Of a stretch of DNA of 64,000 nt, positions 10,766-21,533 are shown in pieces. Position 1 is the stretch's first letter; each line of letters opens with the position of its first letter. The stretch lies in the NCBI GenBank assembly GCA_963555825.3, contig CAUVXB020000001.1, positions 1,248,001-1,312,000 of the forward strand, given 5' to 3'. The DNA is from Alphaproteobacteria bacterium (GTDB lineage Bacteria > Pseudomonadota > Alphaproteobacteria > JAAXGF01). The position numbers and the translations under genes were made by a program. The notes beneath the pieces were generated by a model. It was given only the letters and a program-made list of their open reading frames with translations, was not told where the DNA came from and ran no database searches.

Positions 10766-11716
10766 CTAGGTTTTCATTGTCCTAAGCCTTGGATTTGCCA
10801 CAAGAGTCAACAAGTCGGCGAAGAGGTTCAGGCCGACGTATAGGGTCGCCAGGATCAGGGCGATCGCCTGCACCGTCACGAGGTCACGGAAGTATATGGC
10901 TTGGATCATCAATCGACCGAGTCCGGGATAGTTGAACACCACCTCGATGACGACGGTGCCCCCCAACAGCCATGCAATTGTCAAGGCGACAAGGTTGATC
11001 GTCGGCAACAGGGCGTTCGGCAGTACGTGCCTGAACACTATCTGCCAGTAGGGAACACCCTTCAGTTGCGCCATCTGGACGTAGTCGCTTGCCATCACGT
11101 CGATCACGCTGGTGCGGACCATGCGCAATATGTGCGCCGTCATGACAAGGGCGAGCGCGATGATCGGTAGTATGATGTCCGACAGGAACTCAAATAGCGG
11201 CGCGTCGGGTGGTGTCGTTACGATTCCGGGGAGCCATCCGAGCCAGACGCTGAAGATCAAGATTAAAACCGTGGAGGTCACAAACTCCGGGATCGTCATG
11301 GCGAAGATCGCCGTGGTGGATACCCACAGATCGGGAGGGCGATCTCGCCACAGGGCCGCGAAAATTCCAAGCAGGATAGCAAGGGGAACGCCGACCAACG
11401 ACGCGGTAACGCCGAGGACGACCGTATTGCGGAAACGCGTGCCAACGGTTTCGGAAATCGGCGTCTTGCGCTTGAGGGAGACGCCGAAATCGCCTTGGAC
11501 CGCGCCGAGGACCCATTCGACATAGCGTGTCAGGGCGGGACGTTCGAGCCCAAAATCCCGGCGACAATTCTCCAGCCTCGTTCCCTGGGCCGCCCGCCCG
11601 AGATAGGCGGTGCAGGAATCGCCGGGCAGCAGCTCGACACCCACGAAGATAATGCCCGAGACAAGCACGATCGTCAAAATGCCGAGTGCCAACCTGCGAG
11701 CAATTAGCCTAACCAT
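10766..11716 (-). CDS. ABC transporter permease (DppB-like)
   Basis: GDFGVSL, DYVQMAQLKG, IEVVFNYPGLG. Confidence 0.93.
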   Translation of the reverse strand: MVRLIARRLALGILTIVLVSGIIFVGVELLPGDSCTAYLGRAAQGTRLENCRRDFGLERPALTRYVEWVLGAVQGDFGVSLKRKTPISETVGTRFRNTVVLGVTASLVGVPLAILLGIFAALWRDRPPDLWVSTTAIFAMTIPEFVTSTVLILIFSVWLGWLPGIVTTPPDAPLFEFLSDIILPIIALALVMTAHILRMVRTSVIDVMASDYVQMAQLKGVPYWQIVFRHVLPNALLPTINLVALTIAWLLGGTVVIEVVFNYPGLGRLMIQAIYFRDLVTVQAIALILATLYVGLNLFADLLTLVANPRLRTMKT

Positions 11717-11955
11717 TTGGACCCCTGTTCACGGCTTGCGGCTGTCGGGCCGGGCGCGCACTTAGTGGCCCCAGTATCTGTCCGAGCGTACTTTTGCTCT
11801 GACCGAACGCAGATTTCGCGCCGGCAAACCGTTTGATTTGACGGCCTGCCGGGCTTTGACGACCTGCGGGTCATATCTTGGACGATCCGGTTGCCCGGTA
11901 GACCAGTCGACGATGCTCGAAGATATGAAAGCATTGGACGCTAACCTCGAACGAT

Positions 11956-12882
11956 CTACAGATCCAGTTCAACCCAGTAAGGCCGATGATCCGAGCCTTC
12001 CACAGAACTGTCGACCCATGCACGCTTGACCGTGTGCCCCAAATCAGGACTGACAAAGCAATAATCCAGCCTCAGACCATGGCCGGGGGAGCGGCCTGGC
12101 GGATCGGGCCACCAGGTGATGCAGTCGTCATCGCCAGACCGCTCTCCCGCGACCGTCCAGCTATCGACGAAGCCGTCCAAATGATCTACGTGACCGTAGA
12201 GCGGGTGAAAGGTGCCAACCATCCGCTGAAATTCCTCGCTTTCGGGCTCGCTGTTGAAATCACCCATCACGATTGTTGCGTCGGGCATCGGTGGCTGGGG
12301 CTTGCCGTCGGACCACTCGAAACAGAAGAAGTCCTCGTACCCGTCCATGATGTCGATAATCTTGCTGCCCGTCCAGGCGCCCCCGTTCGACCACGCGCGC
12401 CGGTGCCATGCGAGCAGGTAGTCGATTTGCAGCAGCCGATCGCGGGGGGAGGCCGCAGAAAGATGGATCGAATAGATCCTCATAGGCCCCGAGGGCGCGT
12501 CGACCACACATTCGATTCCGCCAGTGTCCATATTGAAGTGCTTCAGCGTTCCCAGTTTTGGAAACACGATGAGGCGAGACGCGAGAATCGGCCAGCGGGA
12601 AAGCACCATGGGTCCGAATTGCCGGCGTCTGTTGATAATGCTGCCGTTGTCTTGGCGTTCGCTCGCGTCCATGTCGAACGCGGGACAATAGACCCAGTAT
12701 CTATCCTTCAAATGACCGCCGATAATGTCCGGCTGGTCAAGCATGCCGCCCCGTTTCCAAAACCGCTCGACCTCCTGTAGGCCGATGATGTCGGCGTCGC
12801 ACACCGTTTCGGCGATGCGCTTGAGATCAATTCGGTGGTCGGTGCCCAATCCAAAACGAATGTTGTAGCTGACGATCTTCAT
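11956..12882 (-). CDS. Endonuclease/exonuclease/phosphatase (EEP) family hydrolase
   Basis: SYNI, GLQEV, MGDFN, RLDYCF and SDH motifs. Confidence 0.9.
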   Translation of the reverse strand: MKIVSYNIRFGLGTDHRIDLKRIAETVCDADIIGLQEVERFWKRGGMLDQPDIIGGHLKDRYWVYCPAFDMDASERQDNGSIINRRRQFGPMVLSRWPILASRLIVFPKLGTLKHFNMDTGGIECVVDAPSGPMRIYSIHLSAASPRDRLLQIDYLLAWHRRAWSNGGAWTGSKIIDIMDGYEDFFCFEWSDGKPQPPMPDATIVMGDFNSEPESEEFQRMVGTFHPLYGHVDHLDGFVDSWTVAGERSGDDDCITWWPDPPGRSPGHGLRLDYCFVSPDLGHTVKRAWVDSSVEGSDHRPYWVELDL

Positions 12883-13238
12883 CTTGTCCTCCTCAAGCTG
12901 TCTATCGAACGCGCCAAGTGCTCCTAAGGCGGGGCGCTGTCTCAGCGATTCGAAAAGCGTGGGAAGTACGGTGCTCTGGAGGCGCCCCGTTAGCGAAGAG
13001 TCCGATGATTCGTTCCGAGCAGGGGGCCGTGGATGCTTCTCTGCACGCTGTCACCCACGAGGCAATGAGCCAGCGACTCCGCCTCGGTTTCCGGCAACAT
13101 CCCCAGCAGATGTTCACCCAGGCTCGGGCGGCTGACCCTTCACAGGGCTCTCGCCTTGCATCCAGCCGCCCGAGCCCGGACCAAAGATCGACGTGGACTT
13201 CACATGGTTTGGTCTTCTTTAAGCATCGCTCCCGTCGG

Positions 13239-14738
13239 TTAGTCGCTCACATTTACGAGGTGGTAGCGGATGGCGTCTGCAAACACTGCCTGCAGGCCCG
13301 AAACTCTGGCAGTCGCGGCAACGGCCTGGTTGATGTGGAAGGGGATGAACGATCCGCCCTCCTCGTAAAGTATCTGCTGTAGTCGATGGTACAGAGCCTT
13401 ACGTTTGTCGAAGTCGAGCTCCTCCCGCGCCTGGTCCAGCAAACCGTCGAAATCGGCACGGTTCCAGTAGGTTTCGTTCCAGGTCGCGCCGCCGCGGTAG
13501 TCTTCGTTTAGAATCTGATCGGCGGGCCGCTGCCCCCAGCTCGTGGTCACGGCTGCTTCCTTCATCCAGACTTCCGACCAATATCCGTCCGCCGGGGCCT
13601 TCACCAGGTTGACCTTGATGCCGGCCTGCGCGACCTGTTGCTGGTAGACTTGCACAATATCGATCCAGGTGGCTCTTAGATCGCTGGTGGTGACGTCGAT
13701 TTCTATGCCGTCGGGATAGCCGGCTTCGGCGAGCAGCCGCTTGGCCTCGTCGATCTGCTGCGGGCAATCGAACGGCGCGCGATATTGATCGCCCGACCAC
13801 ACCGGATGATCACAGGTGACGACGCCGCCGCCGGGGCCGAGAACAAGGTCGACCATGGCCGCACGGTCGGTTGCTATGCGCAGCGCCTTGCGGACGCGGG
13901 CGTCGGTGTAAGGTTCCACGTCGGTGCGGAAGACGATGCCCTGCCAATCACCCGTGGGCACGCTCTCCACCTTGAACTTCGGGTTGTTCTCGAAGAGCGC
14001 CAACTGCTGTCCCGACAGATCACCGTAGCCAAGCATGTCGATTTGGCCGGCGAGCAACGCTTGCACGCGCGCCTGGGTATCCGGAATGCCGATGATCTCA
14101 ATAGTGGCGACACCCGGCGGCCCCTCCCAATAGTCGGGATTCGCCTTCAGAACGGTTGTCCCTCCAGGATCGAGCGTTACCAGAATAAACGGCCCGGTTC
14201 CGATTCCCGTTGTTGCGATGGTGTCCGCCGAACCTTCCGGGATCATCCGGATCCGATAATCCATCAGCTGCAACGGGAGATCCGCGTACGGCGCCGAGAG
14301 CGTCATCTTGACGGTCAACCGGTCAACCGCCTCGAACGTGTCTACCATCCCGAAGACCGACGCGGCCGCCGAATCGAATTCGGGGTCTCTGACGTGTTCA
14401 AACGTATAAACCACGTCGCCCGAGTCGAAGTCGGACCCATCGTGGAATTTGACTCCGTCACGCAACTTGAAGATCCATTCGGTCGCGTCGTCGCTTGACG
14501 ACCACTCCGTCGCCAGATTTGGCTCCGGTTTGCCACTCTCGCCTGGCCGAACGAGGCGGCTCATCGTCTTCTCGGTGACTTGCCAAAAGCGACCCTCGGA
14601 AGCCGGGTCGACGTCTATAACGTCCTCGCCAAACCCCACGTCGTGGGATTGGCGGAATGTCCCGCTTTGCGCATTGGCCAGGGTTATCGGCAGGGCCGCG
14701 ATGACGGCCACTGCGATGAACATGCCCAGCTTGGTCAT
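13239..14738 (-). CDS. ABC transporter substrate-binding protein, family 5
   Basis: Signal peptide, LRDGVKFHDG, GTGPF, VRKAL, LLAEAGY. Confidence 0.93.
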   Translation of the reverse strand: MTKLGMFIAVAVIAALPITLANAQSGTFRQSHDVGFGEDVIDVDPASEGRFWQVTEKTMSRLVRPGESGKPEPNLATEWSSSDDATEWIFKLRDGVKFHDGSDFDSGDVVYTFEHVRDPEFDSAAASVFGMVDTFEAVDRLTVKMTLSAPYADLPLQLMDYRIRMIPEGSADTIATTGIGTGPFILVTLDPGGTTVLKANPDYWEGPPGVATIEIIGIPDTQARVQALLAGQIDMLGYGDLSGQQLALFENNPKFKVESVPTGDWQGIVFRTDVEPYTDARVRKALRIATDRAAMVDLVLGPGGGVVTCDHPVWSGDQYRAPFDCPQQIDEAKRLLAEAGYPDGIEIDVTTSDLRATWIDIVQVYQQQVAQAGIKVNLVKAPADGYWSEVWMKEAAVTTSWGQRPADQILNEDYRGGATWNETYWNRADFDGLLDQAREELDFDKRKALYHRLQQILYEEGGSFIPFHINQAVAATARVSGLQAVFADAIRYHLVNVSD

Positions 14739-14874
14739 GATGTCCTCCTTATTCTGAATTCCGATTCATCGTCATCCGACATATCGTGGATGATCCCCTC
14801 GGGTTGGGCCGACGGTAGCACAGACTAGCCGGGGGGAGGAGCCCGGCGTGGTTACACTAAGGTGGCGGCGTCGC

Positions 14875-15096
14875 CGTTGTCTTCGCCGTCTGCTGGTGAT
14901 CGGCATGACATCACAGCTTCAATCGGCACGGCGCAAGCCCGAGGTTCACCCCTGGATCACCAACTTGCTGGTAAGCAAGCCCAACAAGCTGGTCGCCGTG
15001 GCCATGGCCAACAAGGCCGCGCGGATCGCCTGGGTCATCATGACCCGTGGCGAGGCCTACCGCGCTCACCGACCCGCAACTGAGGAGACCGCATGA
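14875..15096 (+). pseudogene. IS110/IS1111 recombinase C-terminal fragment
   Basis: LRRLLVIG...VAVAMANKAARIAWVIMTRGEAY. Confidence 0.85.
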
Positions 15097-15401
15097 CCAA
15101 TTGATCGCTCGAAGGCACAACGCTTTCGACGATTGCAAGGACGACGAGACGTGATGGCGAACCGGTCAGACCGGGGATCGGGACAACCCGACCAATGTCC
15201 TGGGTGTTCGAGCCCGCTAAGCGGACAACCCGACGAATGTCCTGGGTGTTCGAGCCCGCTAAGCAGATAGGGACCCGATCCACGGATACCATCAGGGCCA
15301 GCGGTTCAACAAAACCGCATCAACAGGCCGGACACAAGACTGTACCTGACTAGGTCGCTACGCCGAAAAAAGTCCTTGCAACGCGGGAGCCATCCACACA
15401 G
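15097..15401 (+). ncRNA. IS1111-type right non-coding end, putative bridge/seek RNA
   Basis: About 300 nt after the recombinase stop; GGATCGGG...CCCGATCC stem; GCCGGACACAAG echoing the terminus CCACACAG; TTGCAA near the end. Confidence 0.7.
15181..15264 (+). repeat. 42-bp tandem duplication (1 mismatch)
   Basis: GGACAACCCGAC(C/G)AATGTCCTGGGTGTTCGAGCCCGCTAAGC x2. Confidence 0.95.
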
Positions 15402-15480
15402 GCGGCAGCGGGAGCGACGTGGCTTTATGTCCGGAGGTAACCCGAAGCAGGCTTCCATGATTCTGGGCGCCCTACCGACG

Positions 15481-16872
15481 TCAAACGGCGTGCTGCTGTC
15501 GCGGCGTTGGCTCGGCGCAGCAGTACCAAGGCTCGCTGATCTGCGGGACCGCGCCCGTCCCTGGGGCGATGTCCGGCGCCGGCCGGGCCCGCCTGTCGAA
15601 CGCCGCCTGCAGCCTCTCCCAGATCCGGACGAAGATCGCGGCGCGTGACGTGCCCACCTCGATCGCCTCCTGGACGATATCCTCGACGTCGCGCTGCAGG
15701 GCGTCCACGCGCGGATCGGAGTGGCGCCACGGATAACACAATCTCTCCTCGTCGAAGGGCCCGACCATGCCGCGCATCTCATCGAGCTCGAGCAAGCGCG
15801 AGCCCTCCGGGATGAGCAGCCGGATGGCGAGCTGCACCGGCCCGACGGCCTCGACGAGGCCGAGGCGGGCGATGGTCTCAAGCAGGTCCTCGTAGGCCTC
15901 GAGCGTCAGCCAAGGGCTGAACGCGACGAACGTTGGCACCAGCGTCAGCCCTTCCGCCCGGCACAACTCGACTACGGCGAACACATCCTCGCGCGTATGC
16001 CCCTTCTCCAGGGTCACGAGTACGTGGTCATCGAGCGACTCGATCGCTGAGGTGACGAATAGACAGCCGGTGTCGCGCAGCGCGGGCAGCGCGTCGGCGT
16101 GCTTGAGCAGATGCTCGACCTTGATCGTGACGTCGTAGGTGAGCCCCGGAAATTCTCTGTGCAGCGCCTCGACAACGGCGCGCGCATGGCCGGGACCGTT
16201 GAAGAAGTCAGGATCGCCAAAGGTGATGTGCTCTGCGCCCGCCTTGACCTGATGGGCAATGTCGGCGAGCACCACGTCGCGCTGCACCACAAAGAAGCGC
16301 CCGCCGTAGACCGGCACCACCGGGCAGTGGCGGCACAGGTGTTTGCAGCCGCGGCTCGCCTCGGTGTAGCCGACGACGCGCTTCGGCCCGTCGGGCAATG
16401 TCAGGTCGGCGTAGACGGCGAGGCTTGGCAGGCCAGCCCGGTCGGGGATGCGGAACCGCTGCTTCTCCAGCGTGACCGTCGGGCGGGTTCGGCTCGGTGG
16501 TCCGCAGGCTTTAGTTTCGCGAGCGATCTCGACGAGCGGCGTCTCGAATTCGCCACCGATGACGTGGTCGATGCCGAGACGCCGCAGGTACGCTTCGTTG
16601 ACCGGAGCGTAGAGCCCATACGCACACAGCATCGCGTCTGGGTTTAGGCTGCGGACGCGCTCGATGACTGGGGCTGCCAAGCGGGTCGCGGTATGCATCG
16701 GCAGGTAGAACGCCACCATGCCTGCCGCGCGCATCGCAGCCTCGTCGGGCATCTCGACCGAGAGGTCGAGGCAGGTCAATTCGTGCCCCTCGGCCCGCAG
16801 CCAAGCTGCCGGCGAGGCCAGGCCGAATGGCTGATGGCCGAGATCGTAGGTGGAAACGAGAACGACGTTCAT
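15481..16872 (-). CDS. CUAEP/CCAEP-tail B12-binding radical SAM protein (Cys form)
   Basis: CKHLCRHC CxxxCxxC motif, N-terminal cobalamin-binding-like domain, C-terminal WYCCAEP. Confidence 0.88.
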   Translation of the reverse strand: MNVVLVSTYDLGHQPFGLASPAAWLRAEGHELTCLDLSVEMPDEAAMRAAGMVAFYLPMHTATRLAAPVIERVRSLNPDAMLCAYGLYAPVNEAYLRRLGIDHVIGGEFETPLVEIARETKACGPPSRTRPTVTLEKQRFRIPDRAGLPSLAVYADLTLPDGPKRVVGYTEASRGCKHLCRHCPVVPVYGGRFFVVQRDVVLADIAHQVKAGAEHITFGDPDFFNGPGHARAVVEALHREFPGLTYDVTIKVEHLLKHADALPALRDTGCLFVTSAIESLDDHVLVTLEKGHTREDVFAVVELCRAEGLTLVPTFVAFSPWLTLEAYEDLLETIARLGLVEAVGPVQLAIRLLIPEGSRLLELDEMRGMVGPFDEERLCYPWRHSDPRVDALQRDVEDIVQEAIEVGTSRAAIFVRIWERLQAAFDRRARPAPDIAPGTGAVPQISEPWYCCAEPTPRQQHAV

Positions 16873-17116
16873 GGAGTACCAGCTTTCGATGGGTTCGGAC
16901 GATGATAATGGTAGGGCGTCGCCGGGCCGCCGTCAGGCTGAGACTGGGCGCCACAATTTGCGCGCCAAGCCCCTGTGACTGGACGACGCCCAGGCGAAGG
17001 CGCGCGCCCTGACCCGAATGAGGTGTTGATAGCAGTCTACGGAAGCTCGTTGGGCGAGTCTAATGGCGCTGTCAGAGGGCACATGGCGCATTGGCCTCGA
17101 ATGTCCGGTTATGGCT

Positions 17117-17401
17117 CAGACTGTGTAAGAACGTTTGCTGCGTGATCTGTACGGCGCGTCTTTGGCTTCGATGATCCGTCGCGGCGGGTTTTCTGGGATT
17201 ATGGATTTTCGCCGCTGGTGGGGGCTTATCGGCCGGCTGGCGCCGGTTTGTTGGGTAGTTTGACCGGATTGGGCTGTAGTTTGCGGCGCAGAGGCGCCTA
17301 TGCCGCCCTCATTGCCGCGATCAGCGGGTCGATGCCCATGATGTTCATGACGCGCTTGAGATTGTAGGCCAGCACGTGCAGGGCCATCTCGGTCCTCACC
17401 C
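17117..17401 (-). pseudogene. IS1182-family transposase 3' end and terminus, truncated by IS21
   Basis: VRTEMALHVLAYNLKRVMNI (stop at 17298); end TTCTTACACAGTCTG. Confidence 0.8.
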
Positions 17402-17519
17402 TGAGAACGGCAGAGCAATAATCCCCCACTGAAGCGGCCGGTCGATCCGGCTGCGGCGGACCAAAATGGGACCGCGTATAGCCTTCTGTCAGGGTTGCTC
17501 TGACTGGAAGGCGGGGGGG

Positions 17520-19019
17520 ATGTATCGGGTGGAGTTGTACGCACGGGTTCGGCGGGCGTGTCATGTCGAGGGGATGAGCACCCGCGAGGCCTCGCGGGTG
17601 TTTGGTGTAGACCGCAAGACGGTCCGTAAGATGCTGTCGTTCTCGGTGCCGCCAGGGTATCGCCGAAGCGCGCCGCCGAGGCGGCCAAAGCTGGGTCCGT
17701 TCACGGGAATCATCGATCGGATCTTGGAAGACGATCGGACCAGCCACCGCAAGCAACGGCACACTGCGAAGCGCATCTTCGACCGCCTCCGGGACGAGTA
17801 CGGTTTCACGGGCGGCTACACCATCGTGAAGGACTACGTTCGTGAGCAGGGGCTTCGGTCGCGTGAGGTGTTCGTGCCACTCTCCCATTCCCCCGGTCAC
17901 GCCCAGGCGGACTTCGGCGAAGCGATGGCGGTGATCGGCGGCGCGTTACGGAAGATCCACTTCCTTGCCTTCGACCTTCCCCACAGTGATGGTTGCTTTG
18001 TTGCGGCCTATCCGGCGGAGACGACCGAAGCATTCTGCGATGGCCACAACGCGGCGTTTGCCTTCTTCGGCGGCGTCCCCCGATCCATCCTGTACGACAA
18101 CACCAAGCTGGCGGTTGCCCGGATCCTGGGCGATGGGAAGCGGCAGCGAACGCGCGTCTTCACGGAGCTTCAGTCCCACTATCTGTTCGAGGACAGGTTC
18201 GGCCGGCCGGGCAAGGGCAACGACAAGGGCAAGGTCGAGGGACTGGTCGGCTTCATCCGGCGGAACTTCCTGGTCCCCGTCCCGCGTGCCGAGAGCTTCG
18301 CGGCCCTCAACGATGCTCTCGCCGAACAGTGCCGCCGGCGCCAGGCGGCGCGGCTGCGGGGCCACAAGGAGACCATCGGCGAGCGTCTCGAGCGGGATCG
18401 TCAAGTTCTCTTGCCATTGCCGCCTGCTCCCTATGATGCCTGCGATAAGCGCCCTGGACGGGCGAGTTCGCTGTCGCTGGTGCGTTACCGCAGCAACGAC
18501 TATTCCGTGCCCGTGGCCTACGGCCACCGTGAGGTGCTCATCCGGGGCTACGTCGATGAGGTGGTGATCAGCTGCGGGGCCGAGGTGATCGCCCGGCACC
18601 GCCGGTCCTACGACAGCGAGGACCTGATCTTCGACCCGCTGCATTACCTGCCCTTGATCGAGCAGAAGATCGGCGCCCTCGACCAGGCCGCGCCATTGGC
18701 GGGCTGGGACCTGCCCGAGGCCTTCATCACTCTGCGGCGGCTCCTCGAAGCTCGTATGGGCAAGGCAGGCAAGCGCGAGTACGTCCAGGTGCTCCGTCTA
18801 CTGGAGACCTTCCGGCTCGAGGAGGTCGAGGGTGCGGTCGGCGACGCCCTGCGGCTCGGCGCAATCGGCTTTGATGCGGTGAAGCACCTGGTACTGTGCC
18901 GCATCGAGCGGCGGCCGCCCAGGCTCAACCTCGACGTCTATCCGTATCTGCCGCGCGCCCGGGTCGCGATGACGTCCGCCAAGTCGTACATGAGCCTGCT
19001 GTCGGGGCTCGGCGCATGA
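17520..19019 (+). CDS. istA: IS21 transposase IstA
   Basis: AQADFG, LYDNTK and KGKVEGLV DDE motifs. Confidence 0.95.
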   Translation: MYRVELYARVRRACHVEGMSTREASRVFGVDRKTVRKMLSFSVPPGYRRSAPPRRPKLGPFTGIIDRILEDDRTSHRKQRHTAKRIFDRLRDEYGFTGGYTIVKDYVREQGLRSREVFVPLSHSPGHAQADFGEAMAVIGGALRKIHFLAFDLPHSDGCFVAAYPAETTEAFCDGHNAAFAFFGGVPRSILYDNTKLAVARILGDGKRQRTRVFTELQSHYLFEDRFGRPGKGNDKGKVEGLVGFIRRNFLVPVPRAESFAALNDALAEQCRRRQAARLRGHKETIGERLERDRQVLLPLPPAPYDACDKRPGRASSLSLVRYRSNDYSVPVAYGHREVLIRGYVDEVVISCGAEVIARHRRSYDSEDLIFDPLHYLPLIEQKIGALDQAAPLAGWDLPEAFITLRRLLEARMGKAGKREYVQVLRLLETFRLEEVEGAVGDALRLGAIGFDAVKHLVLCRIERRPPRLNLDVYPYLPRARVAMTSAKSYMSLLSGLGA

Positions 19020-19780
19020 CCGACACACCGCAAGTGCTGCTCGCCCACCACCTCAAGACGCTGAAGCTGCCGACCTTCCTGCGCGAGTACGACAAGATCG
19101 CCCGGCAGTGCGCCTCGGAAGGCGTCGATCACGTCCGCTACCTGTTGAGACTCGCCGAGCTCGAGCTGATCGACCGCGAGCGCCGCATGGTCGAGCGGCG
19201 CATCAAGGCGGCGCGCTTCCCCGTGGTCAAGAGCCTCGACAGCTTCGACTTCAAGGTCATCCCCTCGCTCAACAAGGCGCTGGTCCTGGAGCTGGCCCGC
19301 TGCGAGTACATCGAGCGCCGCGAGAACCTCATCGCGCTCGGCAACAGTGGGACCGGCAAGACCCACATCGCCCTCGGTCTCGGCCTGGCGGCCTGCCAGA
19401 AGGGCCTCTCGGTCGGCTTCATCACCGCCGCCGCGCTGGTCCACGAACTCATCGAGGCCCGCGATGACAAGCAGCTGCTGAGGTTCCAGAAGAAGCTCGC
19501 CACCTACAAGCTTCTGATCGTCGACGAACTCGGCTTCGTGCCGCTGTCGAAGACCGGCGCCGAGCTGTTGTTCGAGGTGTTCAGCCAACGCTACGAGCGG
19601 GGCTCGACCCTGGTCACCACCAATCTGCCCTTCGACGAATGGACCGAGGTGTTCGGCTCCGAGCGCCTCACCGGCGCGCTCCTCGATCGCCTCACCCACC
19701 ACGTCAACATCCTCGAGATGAACGGTGACAGCTACAGGCTCAACCAGAGCCGCAGGCGTCAAACCCCGACTGCTAACTGA
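19016..19780 (+). CDS. istB: IS21 helper ATPase IstB
   Basis: Identical to 4282-5046. Confidence 0.95.
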   Translation: MTDTPQVLLAHHLKTLKLPTFLREYDKIARQCASEGVDHVRYLLRLAELELIDRERRMVERRIKAARFPVVKSLDSFDFKVIPSLNKALVLELARCEYIERRENLIALGNSGTGKTHIALGLGLAACQKGLSVGFITAAALVHELIEARDDKQLLRFQKKLATYKLLIVDELGFVPLSKTGAELLFEVFSQRYERGSTLVTTNLPFDEWTEVFGSERLTGALLDRLTHHVNILEMNGDSYRLNQSRRRQTPTAN

Positions 19781-19971
19781 ACCGACCACCCAGCCCACGC
19801 TTGACCCCGTGGGCCCACAGGTCCCTCCCGCGCGCGCCGCCGCGTCAGCCTGTTGAGGGCACGCCGCGTCGCGCGCGGGGCCCTCCCGTGGACTACGGGG
19901 ACAAGCCCGCAGCCGCCAAGCGGTCCCTTCTTACACCGCCGAGGTGGTCCCTTTTTGCTCCGCCATTGACA

Positions 19972-21219
19972 ATCCTGTTGCTGTTGTTGAGCCTGTGGGG
20001 ATGTGGGCAAGGCGCGAGCCTTGTCCATCATATCTACAGGTTGACCGGCCCCGTAGGCCTCGGCCGGCGTTTGACCGTCGAGGGACGAATGGGGCCGCTC
20101 GGTGTTGTAGAAGCCGATCCACTCGCCGATGACCCGTTCGGCGTGGAAGCCGTCGGTGAGCTCGTGTAGGTAGACCGCCTCATACTTGAGAGACCGCCAC
20201 AGGCGCTCGATGAAGATGTTGTCCATGCAGCGGCCCCGACCGTCCATGGAGATGCGGATGCTCGCGTTCTTGAGCACGCCGGTGAAGTCGAGGCTGGTGA
20301 ACTGGCTGCCCTGATCCGTATTGAATATCTCCGGCTGGCCGTAGCGGGCCAGCGCGTCGCCCAAGGCCTCGGCGCAGAATCCAGCGTCCATGGTGTTCGA
20401 CAGCCGCCAGGATAAAACGTGGCGCGTCGCCCAGTCCATGATCGCTACCAGGTACAGAAAGCCACGCTGGACGGGGATATAGGTGATGTCGGCGCACCAG
20501 ACCCGATTGGGCTGGTCGATAGCCATCCCTTTGAGAAGATAAGGATAAATCCGGTGCATGGGATGCGGCACGCTGGTTCTCGGCGCCTGATAGATCGCCT
20601 CCAGGCCTATCAATCGCATCAACCTGCGAACCCGGTGACGGCCGACGCAAACGCCGTCCCGCCGCAACTGGCGGACCATCTGGCGGCTGCCGTAGAACGG
20701 GTACTTCATGAACAACTCGTCGATCCGACGCATCAGCGCCAGACTCGAAGGGCTCTCCCCCCTGGGCGCATAATAGAACGAGGACCGGCCGATCGAAAGC
20801 AGGCGGCATTGACGGCTCAAGCTCAGCTCGGGGGCGTCGCGTGTGATCATCGCCTTGCGCTCCCCCCGGCTCATCGCTTGAGCCCTCTGGCTAAAAAATC
20901 CCGTTCCACCGTCAGCTCGCCGATCTTGGCGTGAAGGTCGCGGACCTCGGATTCATGATCCCGGCAAGCGCGGTTGGCGCCGTTCGAAAACACTTCGCCC
21001 AGACCGTCCACCGCCTGGCGCTTCCAGGCGCTCACCTGGTTCGGATGCACCTTGTGCTTGGCCGCGATCTGCTGGATCGTCTTGTCGCCCCGCAGCGCTT
21101 CCAGCGCCACCCGGGCCTTGAATTCCGCCGTAAACCGGCGTCGATTCGTCATCTCGTATTCCTCCGTTATCCGGTGGAATACACCTTAGCTCCCTGTCCG
21201 ATTTTCTGGGACCACCTCA
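19972..21219 (-). mobile_element. IS3-family IS, right end removed by IS21 (orfA 20871-21152, orfB 19972-20874)
   Basis: Near-identical to 45498-46834; WCADITY, NTDQGSQF, IERLWRSLKYE. Confidence 0.93.
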
Positions 21220-21402
21220 GGGGATCGTCGCCAACGGTAAGAAGATCCGCCGTCTGATGCGCCAGCACGACCTGCAGCCCAAGCGTCGCAGGCGTTTCAT
21301 CGCCACAACCGACAGCGATCACGATAGTCCGATCTTCTCCAACCGCGCCAAGGACGTTACGGCCGACAGGCCGAACCAGCTCTGGGTCGCAGACATCACC
21401 TT
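21220..21402 (+). pseudogene. Internal fragment of a different IS3-family OrfB
   Basis: [12 protein letters not shown]...TTDSDH...[10 protein letters not shown]. Confidence 0.8.
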
Positions 21403-21533
21403 TTATGCCGAATAGACCAAGAAATGCGTTGAACGGCCGTCGCCGCGGTAGCATGATTGCATCGACAGGGAGTTTTTTCGACAATCTACAATCGCGAATT
21501 CCGACTGACATCGAACAAGGGAGGACGACGAAA

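Larger units (their letters stand above)
17402..19971 (+). mobile_element. IS21-family IS, complete (2570 bp)
   Basis: TGAGAACGGCAGAGCAA ... TTGCTCCGCCATTGACA ends; istA-istB; no target duplication. Confidence 0.95.

Noticed and set aside
14845-14862. IS6-like end GGCGTGGTTACACTAAGG
   Set aside because: No partner end or transposase; too short to support
15181-15264. Possible CRISPR array
   Set aside because: Two abutting copies with no spacer and no cas genes
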